Part shown: piece after piece, positions 37,201-46,246 of the stretch | How positions within the stretch are numbered: the first letter of the stretch is position 1 | Layout: the number at the start of each line of letters is the position of its first letter | Virus record (IMG/VR): IMGVR_UViG_3300031555_001586 | Location: 25,746 to 89,745 of that record | Strand: one strand, 5' to 3' | DNA length: 64,000 bases | Origin: a virus | Lineage: Duplodnaviria; Caudoviricetes | Made by a program: the position numbers and the translations under genes | The notes under the pieces: generated by a model | Databases searched by the model: none | What the model was told of the DNA's origin: nothing | What the model saw: the letters and a program-made list of their open reading frames with translations, nothing else

Positions 37201-40200
37201 TGGCGAATTAGAGAGAATGAAAAAGACCTATGACGAGCTTGGTGAAGCTATGGACGGTGCAAGTCCTGAAAGAAAAGCCGAACTATTTAGTCAGAGGAAT
37301 TTACTTGCTCAAAGAATTGCCGAAGCTGGTGAATTAGCTGCTCAGTATGACGGTCTAACATCTTCTTATAATCAATGGTTAACCGCTGAATCTGCTGGCA
37401 ATGAACGAGATATGTATGAGAATGTCATTAGTGGTTTTGAGACCGTTAAAGACGAACTGTCTCGTGGTTGGGCTGATGATAGTACTATTGAGTTTCTTGA
37501 ATTAGTTACTGGACGTACAGATTTAGCTAGTAAGTCTGGCAAGGAACTAAAGGAAGTCTATGATGGTTTAGATAAGACTATTAAAAATACTAAATACAGT
37601 GTTAAAGATTTCTTTACTGTTGATGATGAGGGCAATTCTACTAGTAAAGGCGTTTATAATTTCTTAGATGCTGTTGGTCAATTAGAAGAAGAGGCTTTTG
37701 GTGGATTAGATGTTGTCAAGAGAGATAAGGGTGGCAATGTCATAGGTTTCGACTTCGAAATTGCTGGCGGAGATGAAGCTATTGCAGAAGCTCTTGGTAT
37801 TAGTGAAGAACTTGTTCAGATTATGGTTCGTGCTGCTGACGATGCTGGTTTTGTCGTTAATATGGAGGGTACTTATACTCAATATGCAGACATGGCATCT
37901 GAAGCAGAAAATGCATCTAATAAATTAAAAGAGTTAAGTCAAGTAAATGATGATTTAGGTAAAAGGTTAAAGGCAACTGGTAGCGACTTTGAATTTGATT
38001 TTAATTCTACCAATGTAAAAACAGTTAAGAGCGAACTTGAAGAAGCTAATAAAATATTAGATACTTTCAAGAATAAAGACGGCACTATTAATATGGAAGC
38101 CGATGGCGCTGTTGAAGCTATGCAGATAGTTTCCACTCTTCAGGCAAGGCTTGATAGTTTAGAAAGCGAAAAGTATGGTATTGGTCTTACGGTTGAAGAC
38201 AAAGAATTTGAAGAGCCGTTGGAGCAACTTCAAAACTATGGACATACCGTAGCCGAATTGAATCAGCTTGAAATCAATCCGAAAGCTAATGCAGAAGAAA
38301 TAAAAGTATTAGAAGGCGAACTTGATAATATAGCAGAATATTTTGCCAATCTCGACAAAGATACAAAGATTAAACTTGGTTTCGAGGCAAGTGATGACGT
38401 TGAAGATGTTAAGAAAAAGATTGAATCTGGTGAAGTAAAGATTCCTACTACTCTTGATATCCAGACGAATATGGATAAAAATCTTTCAGATTTGAGAGAT
38501 TTGGCTCTGCTTAATTCTGGTCTTCTATCTCCTGAGCAAGAAGAAACTATTAAGATTAGATTAGGTATCGAAGTTGAAAGCGATGTTAAAACAGAAGGTG
38601 TTAAAGAAGACATTAATAATGCTGTTGACAATGCCGTTGGCAACAATAGTAGTACTAAAACAGAAATCAAGACAAATGTAAATGTTAAGGCTGGCGAAGT
38701 TGATGCTTCTGATGTCGATGATAATGTCGAGAAAACTCTTAATGGTCGTGGTAGAAGTGGAGTTGCAAAGGGCGCAAATGGTCGTAGACAATATTCAATC
38801 GGCACTGTAGAACCAAAAGCTGATAACGTTGACACTTCTAATTTAGAAAAAGAAACAAAAGAAAAAACCGAAGAAGCTGTTGGTGATGGTGAAACAATCA
38901 AGGCCAAAACCAACGTTGAGATAAATGCCGAAACTACTCTTTCTGAACTTACCGACATCTTAGAAGATGTTGAGAAGATTGAAGATAAAAGTGCAACTAT
39001 AGATGTTGAGGCTAATCTTGATGGTAATATTGGCAGTGCAGAAGATATCAAGAATCTAATCGAGTTTGCTGAAGGTGCTAAGGCATTGGAAGGTGTGGAA
39101 TCTTCTGATATTTCTGTTGATGTAGATTTTGACAGCAATCTTGGCGAAGCTGTAGGACTTGACCAATTAGCTAAATTTGCAGAGGGCGCTAAGGCGCTTG
39201 ACGGTGTTGAAGATGCAGATGTTTCTGTCAAAGTGGAACTGGAATGTGAGTTTAACAATGGAAACTTTGATTCTTTAGCTAAATTTGCAGATAGCGCAAC
39301 AAAACTTCAAGGCGTTGAATCTTCTGATGTTTCTGTTGAAGTTGAACTAGATGGAAACCTTAGTGAATGGAAAGGCAATCTTGAAGATTTAGGTAAATTT
39401 GCTGATAATGCTTCTAAGTTAAAGGGTGTTGAAGACGCAAATGTTTCCGTTAGGGCAACTTTAGTAACAGAATTTAATGAATCGAATTTAGATGATTTAG
39501 CTAAATTTGTTGATAATGCGGCTAAATTACAAGGTGTCAAGGATTCCGATGTTTCTATCAATACCAATCTTGAGGGAAACTTGGGCGAAAATGCTAATAT
39601 AGGAAATCTTGAGAAGTTTGTTAATGCGGCAACTAATCTACAAGGTGTTAAAGGAAAAGAAGTTAAACTTACAACTAATCTTTTTGGTAATTTAGTCGGA
39701 AATCCCAACCTTTATAACCTAGAAGCGTTCGCAGAAGGAGCTAATGCTTTACAAGATGCCAAGAGCAAAGAAGTAGAAATTAAGGCTAATCTTTATGGTA
39801 ATCTAGTTGGTAATCCTAATTTGTATAGTCTTGACGCATTTGCTGAGGGTGCTAACGCACTGCAAGATGCAGAAAGTAAAGATGTTAAATTAACAACCAA
39901 TCTTTTTGGCAATCTGATTGGCAATGGCAATCTTTATAGTTTGGAGTCGTTCGCAGAAGGAGCTAACGAACTTCAAGGCGTTGAAAGTAAAGATATAAAA
40001 ATCAATGCTAACCTTTACGGAAATCTAATTGGAAACAATAATCTTTATAGTTTGGAAGCATTTGCAGATGGCGCAAATGAATTGCAAGATGTAGAGAGTA
40101 AAGATATCAAGATTACAACTAATTTATATGGTAATTTAGTTGGAAACCCCAATCTTTACAGTCTTGAAACTTTCGCTGATAGTGCAGATGAATTGCAAGA

Positions 40201-43200
40201 TGTTGAATCTAAAGACATTAGTATTACTACTAATCTTTATGGAAACTTGGTTGGTAATCCTAATTTATATAATCTTGAAGCGTTTGCTGACGGGGCTAGT
40301 GAGTTACAAGGCGTAGAATCTAAAAATGTTAGAATTGATGCTAATCTTTACGGAAATTTGATTGGTAATGGTAACTTATACAGCTTAGAAGCTTTTGCAA
40401 ATGGAGCCGAAGATTTACAAAATGTAAATAGCAAAAATGTTAGAATTGATGCGAATTTATATGGCAATCTAATTGGTAATGGAAATCTTAGTAATTTAGC
40501 AACCTTTGCCGCAAGAGCAAAAGAACTACAAGGTATAGGAGACGTTAAAGTTAGTGTCACTGCAAATGTTGATTCTGGCGCAATAAACAATGCAATCAAT
40601 GTATTAAGCAATGTTGCCAATAGTGGATTGTTTAAAGATTATAATGCAACTGTTACAGCAATTGTTAATTATAATAAGGGTACTCAAACTCCACCAGATG
40701 ATAAGACTGCAAAAGTAAATTATGAACTTGGTTCTCAGGATGCTCCTAAAAATAAAACTGCAAAAGTTAATTATGCTTTAGGTAGTCAAGCTGCACCAGA
40801 AAGCAAAACTGTTTATGTTAATTATGTTGGCATTGGCCCTGCTGCTGGTACAGCGCATACTGAAGGTTCTGCATTTGCAGATGGTACTGCTAGTTCTTCT
40901 GGTCGTGCTTTTGCTCGTGGTGACTGGGGTATTAAGGGCAATGGCGTTGCTCTGGGCGGCGAGTTAGGGAGAGAGCTAGTCGTTAGAGACGGAAAGTTCT
41001 TTACTATAGGCGATAAAGGCGCAGAGTTTTTCCGTTATAAAAAGAATGATATAGTGTTTAACGCAGCGCAAACAGAATCGCTCTTTAAATATGGCGGTAT
41101 TAAAGGTGCTAATCCAAGAGGTAAGATGCTTGCTTCTGGTACTGCTTTTGCTTCTGGTTCTGCATTTTCTAGTGGTTCTGGCGGTGGATTCTGGTCGAAT
41201 TCTTCTTCTGGCAAAAATTCTTCTACCGGAAAATCTTACAACTCCTCCTCTTCTTCTGGCGACGCAGACAAATTCGAAGAAACAATTGATTGGATTGAAA
41301 TGGCTATTGACCGTATTGAACGTTCAATAGACCAGCTTGATACAAAGGCAAATAGTGTTTATCGTTCTTGGTCTGAGAGAAATAAAAGCCTTACAGCTGA
41401 ACTTTCTAGTATAGGCACGGAAATTGAGTTGCAGGAGCGAGCATATGATAGATATATGTCTGCTGCATATGGTACTGGTCTTAGCTATTATTGGCAAGCA
41501 AAAGTACAAAATGGTCAAATTGATATTTCAACTATTACAGATGAAGCTCTAGCCAAACAGATAGAGGATTATCGTACATATTATGAAGCAGCTCTTGATT
41601 GCAAGGATGCAATTCTTGAATTGCAAGAGACCGAATCTGAACTCTATGCACAACAATTCGAAAATATTCAAGCAAGGTATGACGGTATTATTCAAGGATA
41701 TGAACATACTGAAAAAATGCTGAATGAGTATATTTCTCAGGCTGAAGAACAGGGTTACATAATAAGTAAAAAGTATTATGAGGCTTTAATTTCTAACGAA
41801 AAATCCAACATTACCGAATTAAGGAAAGAACAAGCTAATTTGATTGCCGCTCGTGATGAAGCTGTTGAAATCGGTGTTATTACTAAAGGTTCAGAAGCTT
41901 GGATGGAGCAATGCGCAGCAATTGATGAAGTTACACAAGCAATCGAAGAATCACAAACTGCTTTATTAGAATTTGATAATGCTATGCGTGAAATTGATTG
42001 GGGTATTTTCGACCTAATTCAAGAACGTATTTCTGGTGTTACTGAAGAAGCGGATTTCTTGATTGAACTAATGAGTAATAAGAAGCTCTTTGACGACAAT
42101 GGCAAGTTAACAAGTCAAGGTTTCGCCACTATGGGATTACATGCGCAGAATTATAATTCTTATATGTACCAAAGTGACGAATATGCCGCTGAGGTTGAAA
42201 AACTTGACGGTCAAATAGCAAGCGACCCATATGACCAAGAGTTAATCAACCGCAGAAACGAACTGCTTGAATTACAGCGTGAGTCTATCCTTGCCGCAGA
42301 AGACGAAAAGAATGCCATTACCGATTTAATATCTGATGGTATTGAAGCAGAATTAGACGCATTGCAAGAACTCATTGATAAAAAGAATGAGCAGTTAGAA
42401 AGTGAAAGAGATTTGTATGAGTACTCTAAAAAGGTAAAAGAGCAGACTTCTGAGATTGCCTCTCTTGAGAAACAGCTTAGCGCATATTCTGGCGACGATA
42501 GCGAAGAGGCTAAGCAGAAAATACAACAAATTAAAGTTGATTTAGAAACTGCTCGTGATAATTTAGAGGAAACTGAATACGAAAAACTTATTGGCGATTC
42601 TGAAATTTTATTAAACTCGCTTTATGATGAGTACGAACTTATACTCAACCAACGTCTTGATAATGTAGACGCACTTCTTGAACAAGTAATCGAAAGTATA
42701 AATATTGCTACAAGTGCAGATGGCAACATAGCAGCCGCTCTTGGTACTGAGGGTGCGATAGCAATTGCTGTAAGCAATAACGCTACTTCTATTAAGAGTA
42801 CATTGGAATCCGAGACAAATAAAGTGGGAATTGCTCTGTCAAATGCAATGAACAATATTTGGAACACAGGAGAAGGCAACGCTAAATCCGTGTTAACAAT
42901 GTATGGCGAAGATTTTAAATCAAAATCTACAACCATAATTACAACATTAAATGGTATAAAGTCTAGTGTTAATAGTATGGTTTCTTCTTTGAATAAGGAA
43001 GCAGCGAAAAAAGTTTCGGCAAATAAAACTACTACTTCTGCCAAGAAGAATCCTACTACAACTTCTTCTAGCAAAACTACTAGCACAACTAAAAAGCCTA
43101 CCGGAGATGGTGTGCCTAAGATTGGCGATAAGGTTACGTATGTAAGCGGTCAATATTATTATGATTCTGAGGGCAAGAAACCTCTTGGTTCTCAAAAAAG

Positions 43201-43747
43201 AGGCGAACAAGTTTATATTACTAATATTAATACAAGGGATTGGGCTACTCATGGTTATCATATTAGTAGAGGAAATAAGCTTGGCAAGGGTGACTTGGGT
43301 TGGTTAAAATTAAGTCAGCTTAGTGGTTATGCAACTGGCAAACAAGATATCTCAGAGGATGAGGTTGCTTGGACGCAAGAAGGCAGGAAGCGAGAGTTTA
43401 TTGTTCGTCCTTCTGATGGGGCTATTCTTACTCCTGTTGCTAAGGGCGATAGTATTCTTACTTCTACTGCAAGCAATAATATTTGGAATATGGCTAACTC
43501 TCCTGCTGAGTTTATTAAAGAAAACTTAAAGCTGGATACCTCTAATGTTCCTAGCGCCCCAAATGTTAGCAATGTATATACTCAGAACTTTGAGAATGTC
43601 ACATTCAGTATGCCTAATGTCCATGGATATAGTGATTTGCTGACAGAGATGCAGAAAGACCCCAAATTTGAAAAACTGATATTATCAATGACTATTGATA
43701 GAATTGCTGGTAAAAGCAGTCTCGCAAAAGGTAAGTCTATTAGATAA
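34298..43747 (+). CDS. Tape measure protein, exon 2 (3149 aa; spliced product about 4290 aa)
   Basis: Continues the TMP core (QDPDTVGTAFKTISMRIRG...IAGKRQGN). Long helical regions, 37-aa repeats and a C-terminal SH3b-like segment (KIGDKVTYVSG...GWLKLSQLSGY). Confidence 0.9.
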   Translation, partial: NTVVQDPDTVGTAFKTISMRIRGAKTELEEAGLETDGMVDSTAKLREEILALSGVDIMENDNQFKSTYDILDELAAKWEHLSDIQQATVTELIAGKRQGNIISSLMTNFDTAREALEVSMNSEGSAMEEHAKWSESLEAKLLKLKSTWQSLSQSFMSSGFLKGGVSALTGFVDVIDTLISKLGVIPTLLTGLSAFQSFKGNGFFKVIEDEAAASGKRIGTIFSTSLSSVTKQFNNMGIGTNAEFRNLLDSDINILNNWMDELSKGPPVADAFDNIFKNASNSAKEFAQSGKLASEGVEGFVKQQKTAQVAIVAQNNNLSSAKAIMKEYNSGCKNTAMSQEDFISAVSSGNTGLSKYLSGLNGAKASTSGYIASLVGAKIATIALEAATMALNAALTMGISLAISAAIKAFDEWYVSASELAEKVDEVTTKYQEQHGELTKLKGDYDTTNEDSMISKYGELSKGVDAFGKNISLTADEYAEYQSIVETIAGQIPSLVSGYDSQGNAILSCAGNVQQLTAEYEKLIKAQNDEILIGSSGDINKDFQNAVKDAEHDTAGFFGWNWTKELGLGDSKLSTQSAEIYENILNSADAVKEFNKAINTEGNDLESFLDNSDVDAMSELLESAGFKKEGSFWSGKESNAEHIRRALEEDASKVKNIIDQYYAGLEEEVEGKKSQAQAALSNAFDLSDSQYYGMSDTLKNIAQQTASGFDFEFFADLEEQGISVEKYVNNMLDQLQALSDNQETKLEAAFNLRTQFNDDEISYGEYVSGLEDAASMVDKLNLQPEVKSQIKLSLGLNEEGLVEEYENLASRLSETETATGNVIGFSSKEVAKDFLDGLSSDEASVTWDIVTDPNFVIPEGATDEVKQEILQQAIDLEMMLQGLNFDLNLEVEAAGIEALNTALSESVTATGLSSESISALRSRYAGLENQGFDLSSMFEETSHGIRINRQEFKRFENELASQKIAEVDGELERMKKTYDELGEAMDGASPERKAELFSQRNLLAQRIAEAGELAAQYDGLTSSYNQWLTAESAGNERDMYENVISGFETVKDELSRGWADDSTIEFLELVTGRTDLASKSGKELKEVYDGLDKTIKNTKYSVKDFFTVDDEGNSTSKGVYNFLDAVGQLEEEAFGGLDVVKRDKGGNVIGFDFEIAGGDEAIAEALGISEELVQIMVRAADDAGFVVNMEGTYTQYADMASEAENASNKLKELSQVNDDLGKRLKATGSDFEFDFNSTNVKTVKSELEEANKILDTFKNKDGTINMEADGAVEAMQIVSTLQARLDSLESEKYGIGLTVEDKEFEEPLEQLQNYGHTVAELNQLEINPKANAEEIKVLEGELDNIAEYFANLDKDTKIKLGFEASDDVEDVKKKIESGEVKIPTTLDIQTNMDKNLSDLRDLALLNSGLLSPEQEETIKIRLGIEVESDVKTEGVKEDINNAVDNAVGNNSSTKTEIKTNVNVKAGEVDASDVDDNVEKTLNGRGRSGVAKGANGRRQYSIGTVEPKADNVDTSNLEKETKEKTEEAVGDGETIKAKTNVEINAETTLSELTDILEDVEKIEDKSATIDVEANLDGNIGSAEDIKNLIEFAEGAKALEGVESSDISVDVDFDSNLGEAVGLDQLAKFAEGAKALDGVEDADVSVKVELECEFNNGNFDSLAKFADSATKLQGVESSDVSVEVELDGNLSEWKGNLEDLGKFADNASKLKGVEDANVSVRATLVTEFNESNLDDLAKFVDNAAKLQGVKDSDVSINTNLEGNLGENANIGNLEKFVNAATNLQGVKGKEVKLTTNLFGNLVGNPNLYNLEAFAEGANALQDAKSKEVEIKANLYGNLVGNPNLYSLDAFAEGANALQDAESKDVKLTTNLFGNLIGNGNLYSLESFAEGANELQGVESKDIKINANLYGNLIGNNNLYSLEAFADGANELQDVESKDIKITTNLYGNLVGNPNLYSLETFADSADELQDVESKDISITTNLYGNLVGNPNLYNLEAFADGASELQGVESKNVRIDANLYGNLIGNGNLYSLEAFANGAEDLQNVNSKNVRIDANLYGNLIGNGNLSNLATFAARAKELQGIGDVKVSVTANVDSGAINNAINVLSNVANSGLFKDYNATVTAIVNYNKGTQTPPDDKTAKVNYELGSQDAPKNKTAKVNYALGSQAAPESKTVYVNYVGIGPAAGTAHTEGSAFADGTASSSGRAFARGDWGIKGNGVALGGELGRELVVRDGKFFTIGDKGAEFFRYKKNDIVFNAAQTESLFKYGGIKGANPRGKMLASGTAFASGSAFSSGSGGGFWSNSSSGKNSSTGKSYNSSSSSGDADKFEETIDWIEMAIDRIERSIDQLDTKANSVYRSWSERNKSLTAELSSIGTEIELQERAYDRYMSAAYGTGLSYYWQAKVQNGQIDISTITDEALAKQIEDYRTYYEAALDCKDAILELQETESELYAQQFENIQARYDGIIQGYEHTEKMLNEYISQAEEQGYIISKKYYEALISNEKSNITELRKEQANLIAARDEAVEIGVITKGSEAWMEQCAAIDEVTQAIEESQTALLEFDNAMREIDWGIFDLIQERISGVTEEADFLIELMSNKKLFDDNGKLTSQGFATMGLHAQNYNSYMYQSDEYAAEVEKLDGQIASDPYDQELINRRNELLELQRESILAAEDEKNAITDLISDGIEAELDALQELIDKKNEQLESERDLYEYSKKVKEQTSEIASLEKQLSAYSGDDSEEAKQKIQQIKVDLETARDNLEETEYEKLIGDSEILLNSLYDEYELILNQRLDNVDALLEQVIESINIATSADGNIAAALGTEGAIAIAVSNNATSIKSTLESETNKVGIALSNAMNNIWNTGEGNAKSVLTMYGEDFKSKSTTIITTLNGIKSSVNSMVSSLNKEAAKKVSANKTTTSAKKNPTTTSSSKTTSTTKKPTGDGVPKIGDKVTYVSGQYYYDSEGKKPLGSQKRGEQVYITNINTRDWATHGYHISRGNKLGKGDLGWLKLSQLSGYATGKQDISEDEVAWTQEGRKREFIVRPSDGAILTPVAKGDSILTSTASNNIWNMANSPAEFIKENLKLDTSNVPSAPNVSNVYTQNFENVTFSMPNVHGYSDLLTEMQKDPKFEKLILSMTIDRIAGKSSLAKGKSIR
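39011..40561 (+). repeat. 14 tandem repeats of about 37 aa (111 bp) in the TMP
   Basis: Unit (T/A)NLYGNLVGNPNLYSLEAFAEGANELQDVESKDIKIT; the last 8 copies (39674-40561) are highly similar. Confidence 0.9.
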
Positions 43748-43808
43748 TTAAAGTCGGAATAGAGACTTAAACATATTCGTGTGCAGAGTAAACTGTGAAA
43801 AATCATGT

Positions 43809-43841
43809 GGGAGGTAGAATTATATCTACCTCCCTCCTTTT
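43809..43841 (+). terminator. Intrinsic terminator after the TMP gene
   Basis: GGGAGGTAGA-attata-TCTACCTCCC followed by TCCTTTT. Confidence 0.8.
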
Positions 43842-43869
43842 AAAAATAAAATAGGGAGGTGATAAGTAA

Positions 43870-44991
43870 ATGTTTAAGACTTATAAATATAGAATTTTTC
43901 CAAACAAGCAACAAGAAGAGCTAATACAAAAAACATTTGGTTGTTGCAGATTTGTTTATAATCAAACTCTCGCTTACAAAAAACAATTATACGAAACAGA
44001 AAAGAAATTTGTTAGTAAATTTGATTGTAACAATTATAAAAATAGCGTCCTTAAAAAACAATATGAATGGTTGAAGGAAGTAGATAAATTTGCATTAGAA
44101 AATTCTATATATAATATGGATTCTGCTTTCCAGAATTTTTTTAAAGGACGTGCTAGTTTTCCAAGATTTAAAAGTAAAAAAACAAATAAGAAATCATATA
44201 AAACTAATTTTACTAATAATACTGCTGGTGGAAATATCAGGGTAGATTTTGATGACGATAAAATATTATTGCCAAAACTTAGTTGGGTTAAAATCAAAAT
44301 AAGTAGACGGTTTAATGGCAAAATTAAATCTGCTACTATATCGCAAGTTCCAAGCGGCAAATATTATGTGTCTATTCTTGTTAAAACAGAACATATTCCT
44401 GCTGAATCTACTGGCCGTGTGATTGGTATAGATTTGGGCATTAAAGATTTACTTATTACCTCTGATGGGGACAAATTTGAAAATATTCGTACTACTAAAA
44501 AATATGAAGAAAAGTTAGCAAAAGAACAAAGAAAACTTTCTCATAAACAAAAAGGTAGTAAGAATTATGAAAAACAAAGAATTAAAGTAGCAAGAATATA
44601 TGAGAAAATACATAACACTAGAATTGATTATTTGCATAAAATCTCTCATAAATTAATTAACGAAAACCAAGTTATAGTTTCTGAAGATTTAGCGATAAGC
44701 AATATGGTTAAAAATCATAATCTTGCAAAATCAATTCTTGATTGTGGTTGGTATGAATTAACACGACAGTTGCAATACAAATCTGAATGGAATAATCGTC
44801 AATATGTAAAGATTGGGCGATTTACGAAATCCAGTCAACCTTGCAATATTTGTGGCTATATCAATGCTGAAACAAAGAATCTGGCTGTAAGAGAATGGAT
44901 TTGCCCTAATTGTGGAGCTGTTCATGATAGGGATATAAATGCTGCCATTAATATTTTAAACGAAGGATTAAGGTTACTTAGTATATCTTAA
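43870..44991 (+). CDS. tnpB: TnpB, IS200/IS605-family RNA-guided endonuclease, with no tnpA nearby
   Basis: N-terminal HTH ([10 protein letters not shown]...FGCCRFVYN), RuvC catalytic residues GIDLG (D), SEDL (E) and DRDINAA (D), Zn ribbon CNICG...CPNCG. Confidence 0.93.
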   Translation: MFKTYKYRIFPNKQQEELIQKTFGCCRFVYNQTLAYKKQLYETEKKFVSKFDCNNYKNSVLKKQYEWLKEVDKFALENSIYNMDSAFQNFFKGRASFPRFKSKKTNKKSYKTNFTNNTAGGNIRVDFDDDKILLPKLSWVKIKISRRFNGKIKSATISQVPSGKYYVSILVKTEHIPAESTGRVIGIDLGIKDLLITSDGDKFENIRTTKKYEEKLAKEQRKLSHKQKGSKNYEKQRIKVARIYEKIHNTRIDYLHKISHKLINENQVIVSEDLAISNMVKNHNLAKSILDCGWYELTRQLQYKSEWNNRQYVKIGRFTKSSQPCNICGYINAETKNLAVREWICPNCGAVHDRDINAAINILNEGLRLLSIS

Positions 44992-45110
44992 TTTGGAGTA
45001 CATTTAGTACGGCAGGAATTGTCGGAATTCACGCTTGTGGAGTTAGTAGGTTACGAGGACGAAGAAGCAAGAAATTGTATCGTTTGAAAGCGAGGAATAC
45101 AATGTTTCAA
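44940..45110 (+). ncRNA. Predicted TnpB omegaRNA scaffold / element right end
   Basis: Non-coding segment after tnpB with a subterminal hairpin (TTGTAT...ATACAA) ending in TTTCAA. The boundaries are inferred. Confidence 0.55.
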
Positions 45111-45404
45111 AAGAAATATGAAAAGCGACTTGAAACTCAAAGTAAAATGATTTCAAGGCAATCAAACCAAATTGAAGATTTAGAACAACAAGTTAGAGAA
45201 CTTATGTTGGAAATCGAAGAAAAAAATAAAATAATCAATTCTATTTCTCCTTTAAGAGAGGAGTTGGCTCAGAATATTGTTGAAGTTAAAAAATATAAAA
45301 ACGAGTACAAAGAATTGATTGGCGAACTTAGAAAAATGAAGGAAACGATGAATCAGACTGTTTATAAAAATAGATGGAATCTGGTGAAATTCCTTATAAA
45401 ATAA
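45102..45404 (+). CDS. 100-aa coiled-coil protein
   Basis: The ATG after GAGGA gives MFQKKYEKRL; heptad pattern. Confidence 0.7.
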   Translation: MFQKKYEKRLETQSKMISRQSNQIEDLEQQVRELMLEIEEKNKIINSISPLREELAQNIVEVKKYKNEYKELIGELRKMKETMNQTVYKNRWNLVKFLIK

Positions 45405-45436
45405 ATTAAATTTAATTATGAAACGAGGTGAGGAAC

Positions 45437-46234
45437 ATGAAGGCTTTTGATTTTATATACGGGGAGCGTACTTTAAGTAGTTTTGGATTTACAATCTGTC
45501 AATTTGATGGTTCAAAAGGATTCGACACAATATCTAATGGAGCGGAAATTACATTCAATACTATATCAACTTTAAATGGACAAAAATACGAGCTTACCAG
45601 TACTCAGTATGAGGATTGTTTAGAAGCTACAATCCAGATTTGTAAATATCATTGTAATAGTGATGTTGAAGAGATTTCTTCTGATGAATTTCGTGAATTA
45701 ACAAAATGGTTAAACAGACGTAAATTCTTAAAATTTAAGTTGCTTGACGAAGACCATATCGATATATTTTATGAGGCCGCTTTTAATATAAGTCGTATTG
45801 AAATTGATGGTCGTTTATATGGTTTAGAATTAAATATGGTTACAAATCATCCTTTTGCATTAAAAGAGTCGAAAACTATTGTAATTAAAAATACTATACA
45901 AAACGGCAAACACTCAATAAACGATGAATCTTATGAAGAAGGTCATATTTATCCTTATACAGAAATTACTATTAACGAAAGCGGCAATCTGAATATACAC
46001 AATGCTATAGAAGACAGAGATACTTATATTGCTAATTGTGTTGCTGGCGAAGTCATTATTATGGATTACCCAATCATACAGTCTTCTGTTTCATCTCATA
46101 GCATACAAAATGATTTTAATTGGAACTTCTTTAGGGTTGCAAATACCTATGAAAATAGTAGAAACGATTTAACTGTTTCTATCCCCTGCACAATTAAAGT
46201 CAAGTATTCTCCAATTGTCAAAGTTGGATTGTAA
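45437..46234 (+). CDS. Distal tail protein (Dit)-like
   Basis: Position after the TMP; FIYGERTLSSFG...FRELTKWLN...YPYTEITINESGNLNI pattern. Confidence 0.75.
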   Translation: MKAFDFIYGERTLSSFGFTICQFDGSKGFDTISNGAEITFNTISTLNGQKYELTSTQYEDCLEATIQICKYHCNSDVEEISSDEFRELTKWLNRRKFLKFKLLDEDHIDIFYEAAFNISRIEIDGRLYGLELNMVTNHPFALKESKTIVIKNTIQNGKHSINDESYEEGHIYPYTEITINESGNLNIHNAIEDRDTYIANCVAGEVIIMDYPIIQSSVSSHSIQNDFNWNFFRVANTYENSRNDLTVSIPCTIKVKYSPIVKVGL

Positions 46235-46246
46235 GGCGGTGAAATT

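Noticed and set aside
38263-39708. Antisense ORFs inside the TMP repeat region
   Set aside because: Low-complexity Ser/Leu shadows of the sense frame.
34307-43747. Independent 3146-aa gene starting at GTG 34307
   Set aside because: There is no RBS, and the segment starts mid-motif; it is better explained as exon 2 after intron splicing.
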